DNA from: Rebecca billardiae RCC1528
Taxonomy: Eukaryota; Protista; Haptophyta
Direction: 5' to 3'
Assembly (NCBI GenBank): GCA_965240325.2
Contig: OZ251222.1
Coordinates: 3,100,001 to 3,164,000 of the forward strand
DNA: 64,000 nt
The notes beneath the pieces were generated by a model. It searched no databases. It was given only the letters and a program-made list of their open reading frames with translations, and was not told the origin of the DNA. A program made the position numbers and the translations under genes. Shown here one piece after another: positions 1 through 10,076 of the stretch (position 1 is its first letter; each line of letters begins with the position of its first letter).

Positions 1-2030
1 TGGCCGCCACGGATTGATGAGATGCCCGCGTCCGGAGGCTGGTGTCGGGAGGGTCCGTAGCGGGCGCTTGGCGCCTGCTCGCATCGTCCACCCGCGCCCC
101 AGGCCCTCGCCCACTTTCCGAGCGCGAGCCAATGAGGCCCTTCAGGGCCCCATTCGACGCGTGCCCTGATTGGCTGGAGTTGGAGCCTCTTCTCAGCCCG
201 AGCACGCCAGCTCGCGCGCCAGAATCCCGCCGCGAGGAGCCCACGAAGCGGAACGTGGACGCGAGCTCCTGCAACGTGCCCCTGCCGAAGGGCGGGCTGG
301 ACGGCGTGTCGTGTGGCGCGCCGCTCTGCGCGCGCCACGAGCTCGAGCGCGACGCCTCGCGCTCGAGCATGCGCGTGTTGAGGCGCTGCGTCATCTCGGC
401 CATGATCTTGGCCTGCAGGCTCTCCTCCGTGTGCAGCTCGAGCCACGTCTCCTTGAGCAGCCGCTCAAACTCGTCGTAGTCCACCCAGCCCTGGTTCTGC
501 TTCTTCGTGTACCGGTTCATCAGCGCGCGCACCGTGCGCATGTTCACCGGGTGCTGCGGGTCGGCCTCGTCCGGGTCGGGTGGCGGGAACGTGTCTTCGA
601 GCAGCAGGCCGCTCTCGTACCCGAGGCGCAGAAACATGGTCAGCTCGGCCGTGGTGATCTGAGCCGCGCGAGCCGGACGGGAGGCGCGGCGACGAGGGCG
701 GCGCGGCGCGGCGCGGCGCGGCACGTCATGCGCGGGCACGGGCGCGGCGACCACCGACGATGCTCGGCGCCCGGCGCGGTCCGCTCCGGCGCTGCCGCGG
801 GCGCGGGCCCACCTTGCCATCGAGCGTCGTGTCGGCCAGCTTGTACAGCGCGTCGATGCGCGTGCGCTCCTCGAGCAGCGAGGTGAATGTGGTGCCGAGC
901 ACGGTGATGGGAAGAGCCATGATGATGATGCCCACCATCATGCACGCGGTCGCGATCGCGTACCCGCCGTCCGTCACCGGATACGCGTCGCCGTACCTGC
1001 GAGAGGCCGCGCGCGCGATGTCACACGGCACATCCCGGCGCCCGGGGCTTCAGCGGAAGCGGCTCGGCGCGGAGCGTGCAGGGGTTGGGCGCGCGCGCAC
1101 ACCCGACGGTGGTCATCGTCACGAGTGTCCACCAGAAGGCGCGAGGGATCGTCTCAAATGTCTCGAAGACGCGTGGATCCCCAGATTGCCCCCTGCGTGC
1201 CACCGCCGACGTGGTGTGGGTGTGGGGCTGTGAACCGATGGGGGCTGGGCAGTGCAGTGGGCGACCTCGCGCGCCCGCGAAGGGGACATGGCGCGGGCAC
1301 GGGCGCACGCGCGCGCGCACTCGACGAGGTGGATGAGGGAGGCGAACACCACCATGGCAATCGCAAGCAGGAAGAAGAGGATGATCAGCGGCTCGGACGA
1401 CTTGGTGAGTGCCATCACAAACGTCTGCATCCCTTTCGAGTATCGCCCAAACTTGAGCACGCGGAAGATCTTAATCAGGCGGAGCACGCGGAGCACGCGC
1501 AGGTCGAAGCGGCGCGAGGTGCCCACGCCGAGCGCGGCGATCAGCGCCCACTCCACCCACGACGGCACCACCGACAGCAGGTCGATCCAATTCATGGGCG
1601 AGCGCATGAACGCGGCGTGGTTGGGGCACACGGTGAACCGCGCGGCCAGGTCGACCGAGAAGATGATCACCATGATGAGGTCAGACCAGAACCACCAGTC
1701 GAACATGTCTAGCTCTTCTTCGGGCACGTTGTGCTTGAACTCCGTCTCCGCGCAGTACAAGATCGTCGAGAGAGCCGTGCAGAACATGATGAGCAAAATC
1801 CAGACCTGCGACACCAGGCTGTACGTCGGGTCCTCGAGTGTCTGCCACGCGATCTCGCGCCAGCTCGGCGGAATCTCCTCGCGCATCTCCTCGATGTCGT
1901 CGTCTCCCAGGTTGAGCAGCTCCCGGAGATCTGCGTTCCTGCGTGCCGCAATCGCCTGATGCTGATCTCGTGGCGATGGCCTAGGGCTGGCCTTCAGCCG
2001 GGGGTTGACGCCATGGATCATCGGCGGCAT
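1..2030 (-). CDS. Voltage-gated K+ channel (6TM, Kv-like) with C-terminal EF-hand pair; 3' end runs off window
   Basis: Exons 2030-1321, 1192-1103, 996-813, 658-<1 joined by GT-AG introns 1193-1320, 997-1102, 659-812. S4 is LRVLRVLRLIKIFRVLK. Splicing rebuilds the pore signature AFWWTLVTMTTVGYGD. S6 is MALPITVLGTTF. EF loops DTTLDGKITTAEL and a weaker QNQGWVDYDEF. No stop before position 1. Confidence 0.93.
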
Positions 2031-3015
2031 GGCCGCCGCGGCGCGTTCGGGGGGACGTGCCGCCCCCCAACCACGCCGCGCTGGCGGACGAGCAGGCGCG
2101 CCCTACTGAGGGCCGCGAGCGCGCCGGGTGAGGAGTCCACCCCTCCTCCAGCCAGGAGGTGGGCGACGACACCGACGTCCGTAAAGATTGTGCAGCGGTG
2201 AGTCGGCACATATGGAAGCCATGATTGAACAGCTGGCGCTAATATAGGCCGTTACCCAGATGAATACTACCGTATGCTGCGAAAAATTGGCATAAGACCT
2301 ATCATACCCGCCCAGTTCCCTATGATTGTTGAATCTTACGAATGTTGCTCAAATACCCCCATACTATGATACTGCACCGCGATGGCGCGATGTTGATGGG
2401 GACTTCGGAAGGGAAGCCATGGCGGGCGTGAAGTGCCCGTCCCACCGCGATCCACGGCGCGTGTGGCACGTCCGGGACCGGGGGGCGTGCCACACGCCGG
2501 TCGGCGTCGCCGCACGATCACGTGGGGCTGAGTAGCGGCTTCCCTTCCGACTTTTCGACCACTCTTACGTCCACGTCCACGTCGTCGTGTGACCGGCGCG
2601 CATGAGGCTGCCGCGCATGGGAAGGATGGGCAAGTAGCGGCCAGAATCACCCTTTTGACGGCCGTGCTGACCTCTGGGGCCTGCCAGGCGAGGGTGCAGA
2701 CCAATCAATGCTCTGTCTGACCCCACAAGTCGTGAGTCTGACGATCAATGTTGGCCGCGCGGTGAGTCGTGCGCCCCAACGGCGGGGTGTTCAACGACCG
2801 GCATGGCTAGCAAGCTGGTCAGGGCTGGTAGCAGCTTTCTCTAGGACCACGCCACGCGATTTGGCGACCTCGCATGGCTCAATTCCCGTCCAGAGGCACG
2901 GACATGCCGCACTTCCTGGCCATCGACGCCATCTGATCATTATAATTATATATATATATTATAAAAGTAACTACCCGCCACGATCTGGCCGTACCGTGCG
3001 CTTCTACAATACTGT

Positions 3016-3075
3016 TCAATCTCGCCTGCCTGAGCGATCCGAGCTGTGTGCGACTCTCATTCTGAGTACACTGTA
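3016..3075. repeat. Dispersed repeat, probable Tc1/mariner-type TIR end (copy A)
   Basis: TCAATCTCGCCTGCCTGAGC..TGTGTGCG..TCTCATTCTGAGTACACTG-TA matches 19167-19217 and 16761-16838. The reverse complement starts TA|CAGT, typical of Tc1-like termini. Confidence 0.55.
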
Positions 3076-4264
3076 TGCGCTGGTCTGCCGCTGGAACACC
3101 ACGCGACCGTCGGAGCGGGCTCGGCCGACGACGCCAAGGCGACTGGTAGCCGCCACGATGTCGGGCTCGCGGCAGGCCTTCCAGTAGGTAGCGGGCCACG
3201 CACGCTGAGAACGTGGGTGTGCCTAGCACGGACGAGCTTGGATGGCTCCGATGGCGTGGCAGAACAAGTCGTAGTACCTGAGTCGGTTCTTGCGGTCGCT
3301 TGGGCGAGAAAGCCACTCCCAGCGATTGTCGCCATTTCGTATTGAGCCCAGCCATCTTTTCACACGCGTCGCTCACGAACGCGTACCTTACGCTTGGGCT
3401 TCCATGAGATTGGCCGTTCTGGGGCACGGGCTCGGACGGCGCACTGTCCGCGGCGCACTACGGCGAACAGAGGCCCGGTTTCCGGTCTAAGCGTAAGCAG
3501 CCCGACGGGAGAGCTTTCGGCCCTTCGCCCGCAGTGCGGGGCGCGCTCAAGATTGCAGAGCCATACTTTCCCCAGCTAGCCAATGCCACTCAGGGGCGAC
3601 GAGCGCAAGTTACGCCGCGTGACTGGCGCGACATGCTGCCAATCCCGAAGCTTGATCATCGACGGCGGCGAAGGCGGAGCCATTGCGATCAGCGACGCGA
3701 GATTGAGATCGATTGTGATCAAAAACCGTTCGACACAGGTTTGACGACGTTCAAAGGTTATTCATCAATAATCGCCAAATGATTATGGGGGCGCCGGGTC
3801 GACGTTCCGGCCGCGCAATATTGCCGAAGATGCCACCTTCTCCGGTTCTCTGTCGCTGTCTGAGGGTTTCTGCGCACCTTGGCTCGAGGATTCCACCTTT
3901 CCGCACGGGTCCTTTCGTCGAGCACACAGGGTCTGACGTCGGGTTTCGGCGCTCAGTGCGTTCCCAAAAAGCACGAAGCAGTGTGTGGTCGCACCGTGTC
4001 CTCGTCTTTGGACGGCTCATCAACCCCGCCCTCCGCTCCGCTTCACGCGAGACCCGGAACACACCGCATATGCTGCGCTCACGACGACCAGTGGCATCAT
4101 TGGCAGCGCCAGGCGCTCTCGTTGCGGTGCCGCGCATTCGTCTCACTGCCAAGCCTCCCGACGCCGTCGCCGATCAGCTCTGGCATTCGCTAGCAATCAG
4201 CGAGCGCACGCAGGCGATATCACCGGCCAGGCAGTGTGGCCGTGAGCTCTCGCCGCACAAGCGC

Positions 4265-4620
4265 ATGGCGCCCTCTGACGATGTGGAGTCTGACGCGCAA
4301 GACGGGTGTGAACGCCCCAATGCGCGCAAGCTCCGGCGAACATCATCCTTCTACAACAACCTCAACCATCTCTCCGAGCTGCCAGACAGCGCAACTGCCG
4401 CAGCGCCTGTCCCGAAAACCGTTGACCTCCATTTCTCTCTGCACAGGCGGTACAAAAACCTCTACAGGGGCGCATCACCGCTGGCAGCCCCCTTTGCGCC
4501 AGCATCAGGGCCATGCCCTATCGACGCAGCGCATGGCGGCTGACCATCCACGCAGTTGGCTCGCTGTCGCCGGAGTACCCGTTTTACCCGACGATGCATG
4601 TTTTCAGTCAGTCAGATCCG
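4265..4620 (+). pseudogene. Possible 5' gene fragment that decays into scrambled DNA
   Basis: Coding-like MAPSDDVESD...LHRRYKNLYR. A possible GC-AG intron joins it to VGSLSPEYPFYPTMHVF, after which the sequence becomes ORF-free. Confidence 0.25.
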
Positions 4621-5881
4621 CAACCGCCCACGTACAGATGGTCCGCAAGGACAGATGATGATCATGATCATCATCATCATCATGCCTGCCCCTGCTAGGC
4701 CCTGCGAGGCCTGATCGGAACGGATACGACTGTTATAAATAGTGTTAAGTAAATGATTAAGATCTAATCGGATTACACTTACAGCGGTAACTGCACCAAT
4801 CCTGAGACGGCGTCAGCCCTGTCTTAATTAAATGATTAATGAACCGCGTCGTCAGTCACTCAGTGGTCCCGCGAGTCCGTATTACCGAACTGCGGTTCAC
4901 ATGAGCTTGAAGTTGAGCTGCGCCGTGAATGCCAATTAATGTCAGTATTGTCATCACCGGGACCGCGCCGGAATTGGCTCATAGCGGGCTGCGTAGTGCG
5001 TAGTCAGTGACGCAGTTACGGAGTATAAGTCAGTATAACCGCGTCCGCGCCACTATCACTGACACTAGCACTGAGTCTGAGCACTCCACATTTACTACTG
5101 AGTTCCTGGCGTCCGGACCGGGCGCCACTCGGACCGCGCACCCGCCTCCGACTCTGCCAGCCTAGTGGACTGCTCCGAAGACGTACTGGCTACTGATCTG
5201 AGTCAGGCTCCGGGTCACTGACAGTACTGACTAGTTACCAGTGAGTCCGCCGCCCTGATGACTGACGTCCGCGGGCGACGCGCCCCCGACGCCGAACGGC
5301 CTCTTACTTACCTAACTGAGTAACGTACCTGGCATATCTAGATAGTGTCAAATTAGCAATCCGAGGCACTCAGCAGGCTCCCGGCTGTGCCCGCGGCTGA
5401 ACCGGGCCGAGCGCAGAATGGCCAGACACTGCAGACTGACCGATGACAAATGAACGATCGCCGTGCATGACGACGCTGCTCAATCAGCTCGTCGGAGTCA
5501 GCTCAGTCAGTGCGCCTGCCCGGCGGCGGCGCGGGCCGAAAGTCGTATAACAGTTATACCGTTACACCGCCAATAGCTTAACCGTAGAGTACCGACGTAA
5601 AGTAAGGAGAGTCGGCCCGTCATAAATCGTAATGCTGCATAAGGACTATCTTGACTGCGCCCTGGCGATGCTGCATAGTGCGCATGACCGGACTACTTAG
5701 TACTTATTGTCAATCAATGACTAGCTTACCTAAGCATGCGCGCGCACCGTTTATAACGCGTGAACGCGCCACTAACGGCGACCGCACGGTGCCTCGGAGG
5801 CACTGACTGCTTTGCAGCGTTGCAGCGGCACGGAGTAACTACGTGACGCCGGGCGCCCAGCCGCTATACACACACACACAC

Positions 5882-5926
<45 letters not shown>

Positions 5927-6603
5927 GGCACTGGCACCCTCTTACTCCAGCCGGCCGCCGGCTGCATCGCCTCGGGGGGCGATGCAGCAGGTGGACGCCG
6001 CTGCACCCATCTGGCCCTTGGCGCTGGCCTCCTCCGTGCCCCACGCTCCACCCTAGGTGGGGCAGGGGGTGCGGGGTGTGACGCGCCCGGGGGGCAGGTT
6101 CCCCAGCATCAAGCACTGCATCTGCAGCAGCCCGCCGGCGGGCCGGGCTGCGCACATCGACTACAACCTCATCTGCTTCATCGCCCAGAGCGCGCTAGGC
6201 GGCGCGCTCACTCTCCAAGCCCCTCTTCTGCAGCTGCGCGCCGCTTGGCCGGCGCGCGGCGACGCGTACTACGACCTCATCCTCATCCAGGCGCCCACGC
6301 GGGCGCACGGGGGCGACAGCCGCGGCTGCCGCTTGCCGGAGCTACTCGCCGCTAGGTCAGCGGGCAGCGACATCGACTACGACCTCACCCTCATCCAAGT
6401 GCTCCGGAAGGCGCTCGGCCGCGGCGGCATCTGCCGTCGCCGCCGCGTGCCCCAGGCCGAGGCGGTGCTCCATCCCGGCCCCGCTCCCGTAGGGGGGCAG
6501 GGCTGCGGGTGGCGCACTGTCTGACCTGGACGGAAGGCGCGGACGCATTCTATGTGTCTGTTGCACTCTGAGCCTGACGCTTGTCCGATGCTGCCACGTC
6601 GTT
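5927..6603 (+). mobile_element. Dispersed element flanked by (TA)n tracts (longer copy)
   Basis: 6171-6603 is nearly identical to 21259-21694. TA-rich microsatellites lie directly on both sides (~5880-5926 and ~6604-6640). Confidence 0.75.
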
Positions 6604-6928
6604 AAATATATATATGTGTGTATATATATGTAATATATACTTCACGGAGCGGTTTCTCGGGTTTCTGATTCGAGTTTCGACGACAGTGATTCCGAGAAGA
6701 GTCGGGCTGAAAGTTAGTCATCTGGGCGGCGCGGTACCGCGCGGATAATATGGGAGTAGACTCCGATGATGCTGCACTGACAATGCTAGTGACAATGCTG
6801 CACGCGTGAGCTGCAACTCTGACACAGGAGAGTTGCGACGGACCGCCCGCGGGCGCGGCGAGTGTGTGAAGCCTGTGCCCCGGCCTGCCTCGGGGCCACC
6901 CGCGATACACTCGGCACAGCCAGTGCAT

Positions 6929-8050
6929 TCAGGCAGCACGCTCTAGGTGCGCCCGCCATTCGTCATCCGTGAGAGTGTGCGGCCACGGCACTCCGAATCG
7001 CCCGGACGCATAGTCGCGCGACGCCTGGTCCAGCTCTGCCTGCGTGTTCATCACCCACGTGCCATCAGCCGCGATCGGCTCGCGCGTCGGCTCACCAGCC
7101 AGGAGCACGACCTCCGCATCATCCGTGTCCGACGGGTTGCTCACGAGCACGCCGTCCGTGCCGGCTGCCACGCGCGCCGGCAAGTACGCCAGGTGGTGCA
7201 CGTCGAGCTCCTCGCCCGCCACATCCACCAGCCCCCGCGCACAGTAGAGCACAGCGTTGTGCGTGGCCGGCACCGCGCACCGCCACACGGCGCGCGGCGC
7301 GAGCGTGGCGCGCAGTAGCAGCACGTCGGTGCCGAGCACGTCCACGTCGGCCTTCGCACTGGCGTGCGAGCCGCCCATCACGCGCACGTGGACACCGGCT
7401 TCTTGTGAACCCTCGCCAGTGCCCTTGCCGGCGCGCTCGCCGACGGACACTTGCGCAGGCGCAAACACCTGGATGCGTGGCGCTGCCATCTTGTGCTTTG
7501 ACGGCAGGTTGAGCCACAGCTGGTAGAGCTCGGCGCGGCCGCGCTCGTCGGAGGACCACATCTCCTCGTGCAGAATCCCTTCGCCTGCCGTGAGCCACTG
7601 CACCTCGCCGTCGCCATACCGCTGCTTCACCCCCAGGCTGTCTCGGTGCACGAGGCCACCGTGCACGGTCATGGTGACCGTCTCAAAGCCGCGGTGCGGG
7701 TGCGCGGGGAAGCCCTCGGGCAGGAGCAGGCGGAAGATGGGGCGGATTGGATCCCACGGCGAGAAGCGATGGCGGTGATGCACGAGGAGCACGAAGGGGT
7801 CGGCGTCCCGCGCATCCAAGCTCATCGGCGCGACACGGCCGCCGAGCTGCTCCTCTAGCCGGGCGGCGTCTCGCTGGCGGCCCAGCAGATCGAGCGCCGT
7901 AAAGGCGAGGCCGTTGAGGACGGGCCACACGGGAAGCCGCGGTGGCTTCACCACGCGCGCAACCGGCCGCGGCGCAGTCAGCCCGACCGAAGGCGTCGCG
8001 CACTGGGCCAGCAGCACAAGCAGCAGAGCACGCGGCACGGTCGCCGCCAT
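6929..8050 (-). CDS. Pirin family cupin protein with N-terminal signal/transit leader
   Basis: Pirin motifs DPFVLL, GFPAHPHRGFETVT, GEVQWLTAGEGILHEE, QLWLNLP and C-terminal GEPTREPI...VMNT. Likely start MAATVPRALLLVLLAQC (hydrophobic leader). Confidence 0.92.
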   Translation of the reverse strand: MAATVPRALLLVLLAQCATPSVGLTAPRPVARVVKPPRLPVWPVLNGLAFTALDLLGRQRDAARLEEQLGGRVAPMSLDARDADPFVLLVHHRHRFSPWDPIRPIFRLLLPEGFPAHPHRGFETVTMTVHGGLVHRDSLGVKQRYGDGEVQWLTAGEGILHEEMWSSDERGRAELYQLWLNLPSKHKMAAPRIQVFAPAQVSVGERAGKGTGEGSQEAGVHVRVMGGSHASAKADVDVLGTDVLLLRATLAPRAVWRCAVPATHNAVLYCARGLVDVAGEELDVHHLAYLPARVAAGTDGVLVSNPSDTDDAEVVLLAGEPTREPIAADGTWVMNTQAELDQASRDYASGRFGVPWPHTLTDDEWRAHLERAA

Positions 8051-8486
8051 CGTGTTCGTCGATGTAGGGAGCACGGGCGCGTCCTCGCCTCCTCGGAAAC
8101 GCGAGAGCTTTCTACCAGGAATCTTATATTTGTTTTTTAAACGGCCAGGGGGCTGGGGCGCGCATCGACGAATTCCTATGGTACAATAAATAGAAGTACC
8201 ACCAGCCAGTTTACTTTTTTTACCCACGATGGGTATCAGGCTTTGATCTCACACTGGTACAGTACTGCACCGAGCTCGGGTCCTTGCTTGACCTGACGGA
8301 ACATCTTGACATAATGTGGACCCCAACATGACCAAGGTGACCATCAACTTTTAATCAACGAGCCAATCACTTGAGGTTCTGCCCTTGCTTTTGCAGGTGT
8401 GCGGCCGGGACGGAAACAAGACGTGCGCCACTCGTTGACGACACCTCCCACTCGCACGCCAACGGACCCGACGCGCGCGCAGGACG

Positions 8487-10076
8487 ATGGGCAACCGCGT
8501 GGCAACCCCCCGACGGCCTTTCCGCAACCCGTCGTACACCATCGACATCGTCGCGACACCGACCTCGGAGCAGGCCGACGACAGTGGTGACCCGGCCGAC
8601 CGGCCCCGCCTGACGCTCGCGTCGAGCGAGCCGCGCATGGCGTTTCCGAACGATGGCTCAGCGCTGCACGAGCGGACTGTCAAGTCGATCTGCGTCGGGG
8701 GCGAGTACGTGTTCGTGGGGAGCTGGGACCGCACCGCGTCCATGTGGGAGCTCGCCACTGGCGAGTTCGTCCGCTCCTTCCGCGGGCACAAGCAAGACAT
8801 CATCGGCATCTGCGTGTACGAGCAGTGGCTCTTCACGTGCGGCGACTGCGTCCGCATGTGGGACACTCGGACGGGGGACCAGCTCGCGGCTTTCGGTTCG
8901 AAGGACGAGGAGGTGACGGCCACGTTCTACACCGCCATCTGCGACTTCAGCGCGCCCGGCCTCATCGTGTGCGGGTTCTGCCGCGGCCCGCTGCAAATCT
9001 TCGACTTCCGCGCCATTGCGGACAAGTACCCGCAGCGGCGCGAGAGGGCGGCGGTCGCGGGCGAGCGGATGCGCCCGCAGTACGGGATGCGGCCTGTGCA
9101 CATCTTCGAGGGCCACACGGCGGGCGTGATGGGCATGGACCTGGGCAACGTCGGTGACGACCGCCTGCTCGTCAGCGCCTCGATCGACAAGACGGCGCGC
9201 GTGTGGTCGATCCGGCGCGGCGTGTGCACGCGCACGCTCGTGGGCCACGAGGCGCCCCTGCGCGACTGCAAGCTGCACCTCGGGCGCGTGTACACCGCCT
9301 CCCTCGACAAGACGGCGCGCGAGTGGGACGCAATCACCGGTGCGTGCACGCGCATCTTCCGCACGCCGGAGGGGCCCGTGCGCGCGCTCGCCCTTGTCGG
9401 CTCCGTCCTCTTCACGGCTGAGGCGACGCAGCAGCGCTCGCTCGACCAGCCGGCGTCATACGCCGTGCGCGAGTTCGACCTCGAGTCCGGCGAGCAGGTC
9501 GCCGCGCACGACGCGCTGCACGACGGCGGCATCTTCTGCTTGCACAAGCACGTCGCGCCCAACGGCACCGCCACGCTCTTCACCGGCTCGCAGGACCGCT
9601 TTGCGAAGCAGTGGGCGCTGCGTGAGCCTGGCGACGAGCCCGCGGCGACCGTGCGGCCGCCTCAGCCGGCGAGCGCGGAGCCCGCCGCGGAGGAGGAGAA
9701 GACGAGCGACGAGCACGAGGGCGAGGTGAGGCGCGAGCGCAGCAGCAGCAGCAGCAGCTACGCCTCGGCCAGCGCGCTCTCGCGCATGCCCTCCGAGGCG
9801 CAGAAGCTGCCCCCGGTCGACAACGCTGCGCTCAGCAGCGCAGCGCATGGCGAGGTGGCCCCTGAAGAGGCGGTCAAGCTCGTCGAGGCGGCACGCGCAC
9901 GCATCGAGGAGCTGGAGGAGACGACGCGATGCTTTGTGTGCATCGAGCGCCCAAAGAACGCGGCGTACATGCCGTGTGGCCACCAGTCGTGCAGGCGGTG
10001 CGCAGAGCGCTTCCGCACCAGCAACTGCCCGCTCTGCCGCCAACCCGTCACTGGCGTGCTCGCGCTGTACGGCTAG
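8487..10076 (+). CDS. WD40-repeat protein with C-terminal RING (C3HC4) finger; putative E3 ligase
   Basis: Repeated GH...SxDKTAxxW(D) WD40 units. C-terminal CFVC..PCGH..CRRC..CPLCR. The MGN start is a possible myristoylation site. Confidence 0.92.
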   Translation: MGNRVATPRRPFRNPSYTIDIVATPTSEQADDSGDPADRPRLTLASSEPRMAFPNDGSALHERTVKSICVGGEYVFVGSWDRTASMWELATGEFVRSFRGHKQDIIGICVYEQWLFTCGDCVRMWDTRTGDQLAAFGSKDEEVTATFYTAICDFSAPGLIVCGFCRGPLQIFDFRAIADKYPQRRERAAVAGERMRPQYGMRPVHIFEGHTAGVMGMDLGNVGDDRLLVSASIDKTARVWSIRRGVCTRTLVGHEAPLRDCKLHLGRVYTASLDKTAREWDAITGACTRIFRTPEGPVRALALVGSVLFTAEATQQRSLDQPASYAVREFDLESGEQVAAHDALHDGGIFCLHKHVAPNGTATLFTGSQDRFAKQWALREPGDEPAATVRPPQPASAEPAAEEEKTSDEHEGEVRRERSSSSSSYASASALSRMPSEAQKLPPVDNAALSSAAHGEVAPEEAVKLVEAARARIEELEETTRCFVCIERPKNAAYMPCGHQSCRRCAERFRTSNCPLCRQPVTGVLALYG

